Source of the DNA: a virus | Virus record (IMG/VR): IMGVR_UViG_3300043446_000435 | Span: 1 to 64,000 of that record | Strand: one strand, 5' to 3' | Length of the DNA: 64,000 nucleotides | Part shown: in pieces, positions 27,162 to 37,733 of the stretch | How the letters are laid out: the number at the start of each line of letters is the position of its first letter | Position numbering within the stretch: position 1 is the first letter of the stretch | Position numbers and translations under genes: made by a program | The notes under the pieces: model-generated | What the model saw: only the letters and a program-made list of their open reading frames with translations | Told to the model about the DNA's origin: nothing | Database searches by the model: none

Positions 27162-28997
27162 ATGAAAAAGATTCTAGCTGCTCTGGCGGCTCTGTTTGCG
27201 TTTGCAGAAATATCACTCGCACAAGATTACTCACTGAGCGCCAGCGGTTGGACTAATGGTCCTGCTGGCACAACGACCGCCACAGGAACACAAAACATCC
27301 AAGCTGGACCTAATGCTTGGGCGATTAGCCCATACACAGGTTCCACGATGGTTGGTCTAACACCAACATCTCCGACAGCAACTTATAGCAACATGACGTC
27401 TGCACTTGGTATGAGCGCAGCGTCTGTATCTGCTTTGTCTGCTGAGATCGCTGCACAGAATCCGCAAGGCGGCGGTAATATCACGAACGCAGCTTGGATC
27501 TACAAAGATTTCCCACTCGCAGCTGCTACGAAGTTCTCAATGTATTGGGTCTATACGTCAACAGACTATGTTCCGTTCAACGATGGATCTATCACGACTT
27601 TCGTGAACACAGGTAACGCAGCAGCACTTGGTAAGATCAACAACGTTCTTACACAATACATTCTGCTCGGTGCGACAAATCCAGGCACAGGTAACTATTC
27701 AACTGGCTCATACGGTTCGACTGGTTGGCAGATCGTCAATTACGAAGCAGTAGATGCCGGAACGTATCGTCTTGGCTTCGCTTCATTCAATCAGGGTGAC
27801 ACTGCACTTTCTCCAGTTCTGTATGTGAATGATGGTCTAGGAACAGTAACAAAGAATGGGCAGACGTTTGGTGCTGTTGCTCCTAACGATCCAAACATGC
27901 CTACTGTGAATCCAACTCCGTCTGCTCCAACAGTTGTAAGCACAACGCCAACAAATCCAGTTGTCACTTCCTCAACGACATACGGAACGCCAACAACTGC
28001 TAATCTCGTGACTGTAGGAAGCACAAACACAGGATCTCTGTTCAATGTAACAAAGACAACAACTCCTGTAACTGCTACGCCATACACGATCACGACTGTG
28101 TCTACTCCAAAGGTCATTCAGACGTGGAGTGACAACACAACTACGACGATCACTGATCCAAACAATCCTGCGACTACAACGACGCAGAACGGAACAGCTT
28201 ATCAGACAGGAGCATCATCTTCTGATACGAAGTCTGTTTCGTCAGCTGGATCAAAGAACGCGATCAAATATACAAACATGAATCTGTTCCTTACAGATCC
28301 GCTCGCACACAATGATGGTGTATGGGCTGCTCCTATGGGTAGCAAAGGCGGAAAGTTTTCTGCTGGCGGTGGAGCTATGGGTTATCAGAATACAGTTGAC
28401 GGAAACACATACGGATTTGCATTTAGCTATACTGAAGGAACGTCGAAGGATACAGGATCGAAGACTGTGTCAGATTCTACAGCAGCTAACGCATACATCC
28501 TGAGCCGTCAGCCATATCTGTGGTTCAAAGCGAACGTTGGATATAGCTCAAGCAATCATCAGACAAATGTTGCGATTCCTGAGTTCAATCTAGCGAACAA
28601 CTCAAAGATTCGTCAGAACAATGTCTATGGTGACATTGGTGTTTATTCGCCAGTGACGTTTGCTGGATTCCGCCCACTTGCTGGCGTTCTGTTCAACACA
28701 TGGAGCATCAACGGAAGCGAAACTGGTTCACCACTGCTTTCAAGTGTTCCTCCTAATGGTAGTGCTTCGAAAGCAAGCCCATACGTTGGCGCTCGTTACG
28801 AAGTAGGCAAGAAAACAGCTATCGAGACTAAGATCGTGACGAACACAGAACAGAAAACGATTATAAGTAATAAGGTCACTGTCGCCGAAGAAATCTTTGA
28901 TGGCGTGGCTGTAACTGCGACGTTAGGGTTTGACAAAGGCGTAGAACAGAAGTATAATAATGTTTATGGTCTAGTAGGATTAAAGTGGACGTTCTAA
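27162..28997 (+). CDS. secreted autotransporter-like outer-membrane protein
   Basis: Signal peptide, Thr/Pro-rich stalk, beta-barrel-like C-terminus ending KWTF. Confidence 0.65.
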   Translation: MKKILAALAALFAFAEISLAQDYSLSASGWTNGPAGTTTATGTQNIQAGPNAWAISPYTGSTMVGLTPTSPTATYSNMTSALGMSAASVSALSAEIAAQNPQGGGNITNAAWIYKDFPLAAATKFSMYWVYTSTDYVPFNDGSITTFVNTGNAAALGKINNVLTQYILLGATNPGTGNYSTGSYGSTGWQIVNYEAVDAGTYRLGFASFNQGDTALSPVLYVNDGLGTVTKNGQTFGAVAPNDPNMPTVNPTPSAPTVVSTTPTNPVVTSSTTYGTPTTANLVTVGSTNTGSLFNVTKTTTPVTATPYTITTVSTPKVIQTWSDNTTTTITDPNNPATTTTQNGTAYQTGASSSDTKSVSSAGSKNAIKYTNMNLFLTDPLAHNDGVWAAPMGSKGGKFSAGGGAMGYQNTVDGNTYGFAFSYTEGTSKDTGSKTVSDSTAANAYILSRQPYLWFKANVGYSSSNHQTNVAIPEFNLANNSKIRQNNVYGDIGVYSPVTFAGFRPLAGVLFNTWSINGSETGSPLLSSVPPNGSASKASPYVGARYEVGKKTAIETKIVTNTEQKTIISNKVTVAEEIFDGVAVTATLGFDKGVEQKYNNVYGLVGLKWTF

Positions 28998-29399
28998 ATG
29001 CTTGAATGTTTAATCATAGGCGACAGCATTGGGGTCGGAGTAAGCCAATTCCGACCTGAATGCAAAGCATATGTTCAGTCTGGTATAACTAGCTCAGGCT
29101 GGATACAGAAATGGGGTGAGAAGCCAGAAGATGCAAAGATAGTAATCATTAGTCTTGGTGCCAATGATTACAGCGTGGATACAATGACACATATCAAACG
29201 TATCCGCAAGAATATCGAAGCACAAAGAGTTATCTGGCTTCTACCTCGAGCTGATAGAGTACCAATCGCAGTAAACGCAGTCTACGAAGTTGCTAGACAG
29301 TATAATGATGTTATTCTAGATAGACCTAAAGATGTTAGTCCCGATGGGATTCATCCGACTGCTAAGGGATATAAAGAGTTAGCGGATAAGACAAGATAG
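28998..29399 (+). CDS. SGNH/GDSL hydrolase
   Basis: GDS, GAND, DGIHP. Confidence 0.85.
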   Translation: MLECLIIGDSIGVGVSQFRPECKAYVQSGITSSGWIQKWGEKPEDAKIVIISLGANDYSVDTMTHIKRIRKNIEAQRVIWLLPRADRVPIAVNAVYEVARQYNDVILDRPKDVSPDGIHPTAKGYKELADKTR

Positions 29400-29402
29400 T
29401 AT

Positions 29403-29476
29403 ATCGGTGAAGTGTTACGGTAGCACATCGGTCTCCAAAACCGAGGGCGTGGGTTCGACTCCTACCACCGGTGCCA
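29403..29476 (+). tRNA. tRNA-Trp(CCA)
   Basis: Loop CTCCAAA, CCA. Confidence 0.93.
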
Positions 29477-30419
29477 TCTTAAATCCGCCTTCAGGAATCA
29501 GCTTCTTCACGATTTCTTCAACAGAAAGAATTTCGTTGATGTGCTGAATTCCCTGACCAATGAACAAATGACCACCTGTTCCCGTGACTCCAGCTTCTAA
29601 TCCTCTAGAGTTGTTATCGTTGTCCCACTCTTCAATTTCTTGGAATACGATTCCGTTCTGCGGGAGACCGTTCGTAACAATATGAACGATTTCTTTGTCA
29701 GCCAAAACTCTAGCTTTGCTTTCTATGTTGATCTTGCATTCCTTTGACATAGCAAACACAGTTCCTAATCCCACCGCAGTTGCGCCACAATTAAGAGCTT
29801 CTTGAATATCTCTAGAAGTAGCAATACCACCACTGGCTATGATATCTACTTCAGGATACAGGAATTTGGCTTTACTGATTAGCTTGTAGATGTTAGGCGT
29901 CGAGTAGTGAACCATACCAGCTCCCTTATTCGACTTGACGATAATCGCGTCGATGATTCTATGCTTAATCATCTTCTGCGCAACTTCTTCGACAGGAACA
30001 AACAAACACTTAACAAAAATCTTGACGCCTTTGTTCTTTAGCTTTATGACATACTCAAGATACGTTTCTAGCTTGAAGCTGTTTTCTTTGCTACCGCCGT
30101 AATAAGGAACGATCTCAATATGACGAAGACCAAACATTTCTACCAGTTCAGAAATCTGCTCGAAGTGAGTCATCAGAAAAAAATCTGTCATGCTCAAAAG
30201 AACTCGACAACTTCCTGTTTCTTTCATTAGAAGCAACATATCACTACGAAACTTATCGTAGTAAAAAATCTTACCCCAGCTATGACTATAAGATGACATA
30301 ACTAGGCTAGGAAAACATCCAGCTTTACTAACTGCAATTGCAAGGTGAATATCTGAAGTCCTATTCATAGGCAAACAGATAATTGGATGTTCAGAATCAA
30401 CAATATCCCTATGGCTCAT
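29415..30419 (-). CDS. nitronate monooxygenase-like FMN TIM-barrel enzyme
   Basis: PIICLPM, LAIAVSKAG, IIASGGI, GATAVGLGT.F, GQGI..I.EILSVEEI. Confidence 0.8.
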   Translation of the reverse strand: MSHRDIVDSEHPIICLPMNRTSDIHLAIAVSKAGCFPSLVMSSYSHSWGKIFYYDKFRSDMLLLMKETGSCRVLLSMTDFFLMTHFEQISELVEMFGLRHIEIVPYYGGSKENSFKLETYLEYVIKLKNKGVKIFVKCLFVPVEEVAQKMIKHRIIDAIIVKSNKGAGMVHYSTPNIYKLISKAKFLYPEVDIIASGGIATSRDIQEALNCGATAVGLGTVFAMSKECKINIESKARVLADKEIVHIVTNGLPQNGIVFQEIEEWDNDNNSRGLEAGVTGTGGHLFIGQGIQHINEILSVEEIVKKLIPEGGFKMAPVVGVEPTPSVLETDVLP

Positions 30420-30438
30420 ACAACTATATAGCAATGAT

Positions 30439-30915
30439 ATGATTAAGAATATGAACATCGACGAAGTCCGCGAATTCATTCGTAACACATCTGACAATAC
30501 CTGCATTTACATTGGTGCGGATAGCGAACGATATTGCGGCAAAGACAATCTGTGGTATGCCGACTACACTCTTGCTGTTGTGATTCACTATGAAGGATCA
30601 AAAGGCTGTAAGGTGTTCGGACGCATGGAAACAGAACGCGACTTTGATCAGCGCATGGATCGCCCAGCGTTTCGTCTGATGAACGAAGTGTATAAAGTCG
30701 CGCAGCTGTATATGGATCTGGCTGAAGCGATTGGAGACCGCCATGCTGAAGTCCATCTTGATATTAACCCTGACATTATCCACGGTTCTAGCTGTGTTGT
30801 TCAGCAGGCGGTCGGCTACATTAGGGGAACGTGCAACGTGGTGCCTCGTGTCAAGCCTGATGCTTTTGCCGCTTCTTATGCTGCTGATAGGCTGAAGGAG
30901 ATTCTAGCTGCGTAA
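30439..30915 (+). CDS. RNase H-like YkuK family protein
   Basis: IYIGADS, RLMNEV, EVHLDIN, KPDAFAASYAAD. Confidence 0.85.
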   Translation: MIKNMNIDEVREFIRNTSDNTCIYIGADSERYCGKDNLWYADYTLAVVIHYEGSKGCKVFGRMETERDFDQRMDRPAFRLMNEVYKVAQLYMDLAEAIGDRHAEVHLDINPDIIHGSSCVVQQAVGYIRGTCNVVPRVKPDAFAASYAADRLKEILAA

Positions 30916-30970
30916 GCGAGTCCTACTGTTTTCCAACTTCTATGATGGGTTCCTAAAGAACGCATCTTCC

Positions 30971-32431
30971 ATGAGACTTGGAAATGAACTGCGAAAAGAT
31001 GGATTTGAAGTAAAGCAGATCCATCACTTTGTCAAGTTCAGCGACGACGAACTTCGACTTATCATCGAAGATTTCTGTAAAGATCAAGACGCCGTTGTAT
31101 GTATTAGCACATCGTTTCTGTCTGAAGAAGAGAATCGTAACGAAAACGAAAATCCTACCTGGGGCTACGACGATGACGGAACAGACGTATTCCTTAAGAT
31201 ACTGTTCGTTTGTTTGGCTGCTAAGGTAGAATTCAAAGCCAAAGTTATGATTGGTGGCTGGATCATCGATCGCAGAAAGTTTCTAGATATAAACAGAAAG
31301 AAAGACTGGAAACTTCACTATCTTGAGAAGTATGTTGATTACTTCGTTGAAGGAATGGGTGCCAGTGCTATCAAGAAACTATTCAACAACGAACCACAGA
31401 AAATCATAACGAATAAGCTAGTTCTAAGTGATGATATCTTAGACTATTCAGACGTTTCAACTGCTCCTACCAAAGACGACTACATCAATCCAAAAGAAGC
31501 TCTATACTTTGAGATCGCATCCGGCTGTATCTTTAGTTGTCACTTCTGCAACTTCGGATCGCTAGGTAAAAAGAAACATGAGTATATGCGTTCTTACGAT
31601 AGCTTGAAGAACGAGATCGTAAGCAACTACGAAAACTTCGGAACTCGCATTTATCACGTCACAGATAACATCGTAAATGACTACCAAGAAAAGCTGAAAA
31701 TGCTTATCAAGATTCGTAACGAAACTGGTATCGACTTGAAGTGGACTGGATACGTTCGACTCGACACGATCAAGACGAAAGAGCAGGCTGATCTGCTTTT
31801 AGAATCTGGTATGGTGGGTGCTCTTATGGGCATCGAATCATTCAATCCATCGACAGGTAGATATATCGGTAAGATGACTGACGGTAAGCGTCTGATCGAA
31901 ACGCTGCAACTATGCAGAGAATCGTGGAAAGACAATGTTATTATTTCCAGCACATTCATTGCAGGTTTGCCCACAGAAACATATGAAACACTAGGTGAGA
32001 CTTTCGAGTTTCTGATTTCCGATGAAGGATATTATCTTATCGACACATTTCGATTCAACAAGTTTCATGTGACGAAAGAGTTCGACGATAAGAACGACAT
32101 CAACAGAGCGCGCAATTCGCCGTTCAAAGACTACGTTATGACTTCTGGTTCTTACTTCGGCACTGATTGGACTAGTCTCTGGACTAACTCTAAGGACATC
32201 GAAAAGCTGGTCATGAAGTTCAATAACATGATCCATCGTAAGACGATCGTAAACTCACAGAACATTGCCCAAATCTGTAATCTTGGCTACGAGCCAGAAG
32301 AAGTCGTAAAGATGGGCAGACTGGGCATAAAGAAGTATGAAGTGCAGTTTGATACCAAGACGGATCAGCTAATCAAGGAATATAAAGAAAAAGTCTTGGC
32401 AGACATAAAAGCCTTGACAACCGTAGATTGA
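30971..32431 (+). CDS. B12-binding-type radical SAM protein
   Basis: EIASGCIFSCHFC, GIESF, FIAGLPTET. Confidence 0.75.
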   Translation: MRLGNELRKDGFEVKQIHHFVKFSDDELRLIIEDFCKDQDAVVCISTSFLSEEENRNENENPTWGYDDDGTDVFLKILFVCLAAKVEFKAKVMIGGWIIDRRKFLDINRKKDWKLHYLEKYVDYFVEGMGASAIKKLFNNEPQKIITNKLVLSDDILDYSDVSTAPTKDDYINPKEALYFEIASGCIFSCHFCNFGSLGKKKHEYMRSYDSLKNEIVSNYENFGTRIYHVTDNIVNDYQEKLKMLIKIRNETGIDLKWTGYVRLDTIKTKEQADLLLESGMVGALMGIESFNPSTGRYIGKMTDGKRLIETLQLCRESWKDNVIISSTFIAGLPTETYETLGETFEFLISDEGYYLIDTFRFNKFHVTKEFDDKNDINRARNSPFKDYVMTSGSYFGTDWTSLWTNSKDIEKLVMKFNNMIHRKTIVNSQNIAQICNLGYEPEEVVKMGRLGIKKYEVQFDTKTDQLIKEYKEKVLADIKALTTVD

Positions 32432-32442
32432 TAGCATATAAT
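32414..32442 (+). promoter_or_regulatory. sigma70-type promoter
   Basis: TTGACA-17nt-TATAAT. Confidence 0.8.
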
Positions 32443-32468
32443 GAATACTGTGATGAGGGGTCAATATC

Positions 32469-32864
32469 ATGCCTATCTTGCCAATCTACTACAACACAAC
32501 CAACTTCCGTAAACGTAAAGCTCGTAAGCCAACTCAGGCTATGATCGAGTCACAACGACTGACCAACGAGCTGCTTGAGAAAGTAGGTTACTTCAAGCCA
32601 CGCACTACTCAGTCCAAGAAGTTTTCCTACTCACTTGCTGTAGAGTCTAATGCTGCTCCGCTCTCTAATACAATTCCTGGTGGCGCTGCTGCTAAACGCG
32701 ATATTCGCACTGATCATAAGTGGAAGCGAGATCGTGAAGAAAAGCCAGAAACGATTGAAGCAATTGAAAAGAAAGCTATGCGGGTAGCACCTGCCTACAA
32801 TAAAGGTGCTGTGCAATATATTACCGATGAAACTGATGCTAAGTATCTTGGGAGAAAGATATGA
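32469..32864 (+). CDS. conserved phage hypothetical protein
   Basis: APAYNKG.VQYI motif. Confidence 0.65.
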   Translation: MPILPIYYNTTNFRKRKARKPTQAMIESQRLTNELLEKVGYFKPRTTQSKKFSYSLAVESNAAPLSNTIPGGAAAKRDIRTDHKWKRDREEKPETIEAIEKKAMRVAPAYNKGAVQYITDETDAKYLGRKI

Positions 32865-33115
32865 TCTGGTCTAAACCTGAATTGGCTGAAATGTTGCGTT
32901 CTAGTGTTCTTGAGGTATCGTTCACTAAGAAAGATGGCTCAGGGCGTGTTATGAACTGCACGTTGCAGGAAAAGTATCTGCCACCGCTTATGGAAGATAC
33001 GGAAGTCGCTACCAAGGATAATCCAAATGTGCTTGCTGTTTGGGATATAGATAATAGTGGATGGCGTTCATTCCGTATCAATTCTATTGTTGACGTGAGG
33101 ATTGTAAATGACTAA
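32861..33115 (+). CDS. SH3/WYL-like fold protein
   Basis: FTKKDG..R.M.CTL ... WD....GWRSFR. Confidence 0.7.
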   Translation: MIWSKPELAEMLRSSVLEVSFTKKDGSGRVMNCTLQEKYLPPLMEDTEVATKDNPNVLAVWDIDNSGWRSFRINSIVDVRIVND

Positions 33116-34106
33116 ACTGAATATCACTGGGTTGAAAGAATCATCTCAGTCGCTCGAGCCGAAGGATCTTGATCCTGCTAACAATGGCACATACGAGCAT
33201 ATTGGTTCGCAGGGTGGAACTGAACAGATGGTAGCTGGACTGCGTCAGCGTCTGCCAGCAGATCTGCTTGATAAGTTCAATATCATCTGCTCGCGCGTGC
33301 GTGACGAAAATATCAGCAAGACTAAGAAAAACATTCTGTGGTTGCACGATACCTGGGATGATCCAGAGTCGCAGCATCTGAGGGATAAGAAATCGCTAGA
33401 GCGTTTTGAGAAGTTGATTTTCGTGTCGAACTATCAGCAGTCGACATATAACATTGGGCTCGACGTTCCCTACGACAAGGGTATCGTGATGCAGAATGCA
33501 ATCGTTCCTATTGAGCAGCATCAAAAGCCAAAGGGCACGATCAACATTATCTATCATACGACACCACATCGTGGGCTTGAAATTCTTATTCCTGTCTGTG
33601 AGTTTCTTGCTAATCGTGGTTTAGATTTTCATCTCGACGTTTACTCGTCATTTGGTATCTACGGTTGGCCGCAGCGCGATCTACCTTATCAGTCAATGTT
33701 CGAGAAGATCAAGAATCATCCCAACATGACTTATCATGGATGGCAGCCGAACTCTGTCATTCGCGAAGCTCTGAAGAAAGCTCACATCTATGCGTATCCG
33801 AGCATCTGGCCAGAGACTTCAGGTATCTCAGTCATCGAAGCTATGAGCGCTGGTTGTAATGTGATTTGTCCTTCATTGGCTGCATTGCCTGAGACTTGTG
33901 CGAACTTCGCAGTCATGTATGGCTGGACTGAAAACAATAACAAACACGCCAATCAGTTTGCTGGTCTGCTGAATATGGTGATCGAGCAATACTGGGCAGA
34001 GTTCAATCAGGAACGACTCAAGTTCCAAAAAGCCTATTTCGACACCTTCTATAATTGGGATATGCGAGCCCGCCAATGGGAAGATCTGTTGACTTCGATG
34101 GCTTGA
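33108..34106 (+). CDS. GT-B glycosyltransferase (GT4-like)
   Basis: GGTE, WLHD, P.RGL, YPSIWPET..IS.IEAMSAG. Confidence 0.85.
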   Translation: MTKLNITGLKESSQSLEPKDLDPANNGTYEHIGSQGGTEQMVAGLRQRLPADLLDKFNIICSRVRDENISKTKKNILWLHDTWDDPESQHLRDKKSLERFEKLIFVSNYQQSTYNIGLDVPYDKGIVMQNAIVPIEQHQKPKGTINIIYHTTPHRGLEILIPVCEFLANRGLDFHLDVYSSFGIYGWPQRDLPYQSMFEKIKNHPNMTYHGWQPNSVIREALKKAHIYAYPSIWPETSGISVIEAMSAGCNVICPSLAALPETCANFAVMYGWTENNNKHANQFAGLLNMVIEQYWAEFNQERLKFQKAYFDTFYNWDMRARQWEDLLTSMA

Positions 34107-34154
34107 CAACTACCCGCCACTGTGATATACTAATCATAGTGAAAGGAGCAACGT

Positions 34155-35291
34155 ATGGCAAAGAATCTGCTCAAAATTGCGCCAAAGAAAAAGCGCACGA
34201 TTACGCCACGTGGGCTTGACGCCAAGCATTTTGGTGAAGAGCCCACTTGGGATGATCAGCAATGGCTTAGTGAAAGTGAACTCCAGTCTCGTTTAGGTAA
34301 AGCCTACAACTGGTACAATTATTTCTACGAAGCCAAAGACGGTCGCAAGTATCTGCTAGACTATATGGCAGAACAAGACTTTTCCAAATCGGCTCAGAAT
34401 ATGCTCAATCGTATATCTGATGCCAAGCTAAACAGCACCATGTGCAACACAGCTCGTATGTTCTCTATGGGCTTGATGCACAGTAGTCTGCGCGATCGTC
34501 TTGATACCTACATCGCAAAGCTCGTAGAAGAAGGCGTAGAGCTGACAAAGAAAGATAAGGCTGCCGCTGCGGCTGTAGCCAATCTTCCTGAGATCACAAC
34601 TAATCCTGCTGGTGCTCTGATCGCCGACATCGAAGATATGCTCGACAATGAAGCATCGTTCGACGACTTCTATAAGTGGCTCAAGGGCAAGAACGTCAAG
34701 CCTGCGCAAGCTCGCGCGATCGCTGATTACTATACGCCGTGGGCTGAAGAGCTGGAAGAAGCACAGAAAACCAAGGACGCTGACCTCAAGTATGCGTATC
34801 GTCATCTGAGCAAGAAAGAGCTGACTGCACGTATCGCTACGATGCGTGGTATTATCAACGACTGCGAATCACTCGTCTCGAACAATCGTAAGTCTGTTGT
34901 GCGCAAGCCGCGCAAGACTAAGCCAAAGTCTGCTGACAAGCTCGTGTCCAAGATGAAGTTCCAGAAGGAATCGAACGAGCTTAAGATCGTATCTATTGAT
35001 CCAACAAAGATCGTTGGTGCGAAAGAGCTTTGGACGTTCAACACTAAATACAACGTCTTGGCTCACTACTGGTCAGAACAAGGTTTGTCCGTTAAGGGCA
35101 CAACGCTCCAAGGTGTTGATCCTGGGCGTTCTTTCCAGAAGAAGCTGCGTAAACCAGCAGATGTTCTCCCATCCATCACGGGTAGTACCTCAAAGGCTGC
35201 CGAACGTGCATTCGATGCCCTCAAGACGAAAGAAGCTACTCCCAATGGAAGAATCAATGAGTTCACGATCATCCTCAGGGCAATCAAATAA
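34155..35291 (+). CDS. conserved T4-like phage hypothetical protein
   Basis: 378 aa; own promoter at 34103-34131 (TTGACA-17-TATACT). Confidence 0.7.
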   Translation: MAKNLLKIAPKKKRTITPRGLDAKHFGEEPTWDDQQWLSESELQSRLGKAYNWYNYFYEAKDGRKYLLDYMAEQDFSKSAQNMLNRISDAKLNSTMCNTARMFSMGLMHSSLRDRLDTYIAKLVEEGVELTKKDKAAAAAVANLPEITTNPAGALIADIEDMLDNEASFDDFYKWLKGKNVKPAQARAIADYYTPWAEELEEAQKTKDADLKYAYRHLSKKELTARIATMRGIINDCESLVSNNRKSVVRKPRKTKPKSADKLVSKMKFQKESNELKIVSIDPTKIVGAKELWTFNTKYNVLAHYWSEQGLSVKGTTLQGVDPGRSFQKKLRKPADVLPSITGSTSKAAERAFDALKTKEATPNGRINEFTIILRAIK

Positions 35292-35619
35292 TAACGTCAT
35301 TAGATTTCCTAAGGCAAACATCCGTGTCGTTCCGCCTGCAGAAGATGATGCTGCGCGCGAAGCTACGAAACGTGCATACGTCGATGAAGTCGTCGAAGCC
35401 TATGCTGCACACATAGCCAACAAACTGGCGCAGCAAGGCTTTGACGTATTCAACAAACAGTTCGACAAGCATTATGGCTTTACAGTCGAAGCCTTACGTT
35501 CAACATTGCTTATGACGATGGGGCTAAAGCATCCGTTTCAGGAAGTCGTTGAACACACTGTAAAAAGCCTAGCTGAAATGAACGACAACGATGAAGATGA
35601 TGATTACGATCCGGCTTGA
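35257..35619 (+). CDS. hypothetical protein
   Basis: NVIRFP motif, acidic tail. Confidence 0.55.
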   Translation: MSSRSSSGQSNNNVIRFPKANIRVVPPAEDDAAREATKRAYVDEVVEAYAAHIANKLAQQGFDVFNKQFDKHYGFTVEALRSTLLMTMGLKHPFQEVVEHTVKSLAEMNDNDEDDDYDPA

Positions 35620-35667
35620 CAATCGCGCATGATTGATATATGATAATATCATGCAATGGAGTAGATT

Positions 35668-36528
35668 ATGATTCTCGTGGATTTTAGCCAAGTCATGATT
35701 TCTAACATCATGATGCAACTAGCCAACAACGAAAGTAAACTCGACGAAGATATGGTAAGACACATGGTTCTTGCCAGTCTTCGACTATACAAGCGCAAGT
35801 TTGGCTCAGAGTATGGCGAACTCGTTATCTGTGCTGACGGTCCAAATTGTTGGCGCAAAGAAGTATTCCCTCACTACAAGGCTGGCAGACGTAAGGCTCG
35901 TGAGAAATCGCAGCATGACTGGTCGACGATCTTCAATGCGCTGCACAAGATTCGCGATGAGATCGCTGATAATATGCCGTATCCTGTTCTGCGCTTCGAA
36001 CGTGCGGAAGCTGACGACATCATTGGTGCTCTGTGTCATGCGTTTGGTCAGCACGGCGTAGTCACAGAAAAGATTCTGATTGTGTCCGGCGACAAAGATT
36101 TCGTTCAGTTGCAGAAGTATGATAACGTCAATCAGTATTCGCCAATCATGAAGAAGTTCGTGACTCCTGACGTTAATCCTGAGCGGTTCAAGCAGTATCA
36201 CATTCTGCAAGGCGATAGTGGTGACGGTGTGCCTAACTTCTTGTCGGCTGACGACACATTTGTGTCTGGTAGTCGTCAGAAACCACTCCCTAAGAAAAAG
36301 CTCGAAGAGTGGACTCTGCTTCAGCCTGAAGACTACTGTCAGGGTGAGATGCTTCGCAACTATCATCGCAACAAGATGATGGTTGATCTAGACTGCATCC
36401 CAGATTCATTGCAGAACGAGATTGTGTCTAAATACAACGAGTATGAACGTAATCCTCGTAACAAGATTTTCAACTATTTCGTTCAGCATAAGCTGCGTCA
36501 GCTGACAGAAGCTATCTCGGAATTCTAA
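35668..36528 (+). CDS. rnh: T4-type RNase H (5'-3' exonuclease)
   Basis: ILVDFSQ, YKAGR, AEADDII, SGDKDF.QL, GDSGDGVPN. Confidence 0.93.
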   Translation: MILVDFSQVMISNIMMQLANNESKLDEDMVRHMVLASLRLYKRKFGSEYGELVICADGPNCWRKEVFPHYKAGRRKAREKSQHDWSTIFNALHKIRDEIADNMPYPVLRFERAEADDIIGALCHAFGQHGVVTEKILIVSGDKDFVQLQKYDNVNQYSPIMKKFVTPDVNPERFKQYHILQGDSGDGVPNFLSADDTFVSGSRQKPLPKKKLEEWTLLQPEDYCQGEMLRNYHRNKMMVDLDCIPDSLQNEIVSKYNEYERNPRNKIFNYFVQHKLRQLTEAISEF

Positions 36529-37118
36529 TGATAACATGGAGCAGAAACTACGACGAGTATGTTATCGAGAAGTATGGTAAAGAATATCTTGACGCTATTC
36601 GAACGCCAGCTCGATATCAATTTCCAACGAAAGAAGGGATGAGATACTTTCCGTATTTCTGCTATCGTTTTAACATCAACTCTGTTATAGACTATGGTGC
36701 TGGATACCATCGTATGATGGAAGTTCCGAGCGATGTTTCCGTGGTCTATTACGATCCTTATATTAAAGACATAAGTAGAAGACCAGAACAATCTGCGGAT
36801 GCTATCATTCTGTATAATGTTATCAATGGTATTGAGCCAGATTTCATTGAAGAATTCCTAGATGACGTTCGTAAACTGTGTAACGAATATGTGTTCTGTG
36901 TCTTGAGAACTCCTGGTTTATATGGTACTACGATCGAAACGTATCGTGAGAAATTCGTAAAGCGAGGATTCATCATATTCGAAGAACATCTTCAAACTCT
37001 AGATGAGTTCTATGAAAAAACTGAAAACAGTAACTTCGATGCCCTTTTCAAAAAAAGAGGTGCTCGTATTAAGAATGAAATGTATTTCGCCATACTAAAG
37101 AAAGATCCAAACTTCTGA
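36528..37118 (+). CDS. methyltransferase-fold protein
   Basis: VIDYGAG, YDPY. Confidence 0.5.
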   Translation: MITWSRNYDEYVIEKYGKEYLDAIRTPARYQFPTKEGMRYFPYFCYRFNINSVIDYGAGYHRMMEVPSDVSVVYYDPYIKDISRRPEQSADAIILYNVINGIEPDFIEEFLDDVRKLCNEYVFCVLRTPGLYGTTIETYREKFVKRGFIIFEEHLQTLDEFYEKTENSNFDALFKKRGARIKNEMYFAILKKDPNF

Positions 37119-37125
37119 GGCTCAA

Positions 37126-37326
37126 ATGACAATACACATGGCTATCCAAATCCTGCTTACGATTTTTGTTACAGGTACTTGCACATTACTGGCTATCAAC
37201 TTTATCACAATCGCGAAAGATCAGATTAAGCTGCAGAAGTGGTTTACTCTGACAGCACGATCATTGTTCGTGTTTCACATGATTGCAATTCCTGCTGCTA
37301 TTATCAATCTTATCTGGAGTTTCTAA
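37126..37326 (+). CDS. small 2-TM membrane protein
   Basis: Hydrophobicity, GAGG RBS. Confidence 0.5.
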   Translation: MTIHMAIQILLTIFVTGTCTLLAINFITIAKDQIKLQKWFTLTARSLFVFHMIAIPAAIINLIWSF

Positions 37327-37733
37327 TGATCGATCTGAATAAGTATGCCGACTTTGTTATGGCTGTTACGAGTAAGGAAAGCCGTGAAGTCGAACAGTTC
37401 ATCGAACGACTCAAAGAAGTTCATTACGGAAACAGCACTCTGAATGGTTCTCTTCTCCTGACCGCCATGATCGGTATGACGAGTGAAGCGGGCGAAGCGC
37501 AGGAAATCATCAAGAAAGTTCTGTTCCAGGGCAAACCATTCACAGATGAAACTCGCGCGCACTTGAGCAAAGAACTTGGTGACGTCATTTGGTATTGGGT
37601 CAATGCTTGTAATGCTCTTGGTCTGAATCCAAACGAAGTTGTTCAGCAGAACGTAGAAAAGCTGCAAGCTCGTTATCCAGGCGGAACGTTCAACGCCCAC
37701 TATTCTGAAAATCGCAGAGAAGGTGATATCTAA
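37326..37733 (+). CDS. mazG: MazG-like NTP pyrophosphohydrolase
   Basis: SEAGE..EIIKK, KELGDVIWY, N..KL..RYP. Confidence 0.9.
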   Translation: MIDLNKYADFVMAVTSKESREVEQFIERLKEVHYGNSTLNGSLLLTAMIGMTSEAGEAQEIIKKVLFQGKPFTDETRAHLSKELGDVIWYWVNACNALGLNPNEVVQQNVEKLQARYPGGTFNAHYSENRREGDI

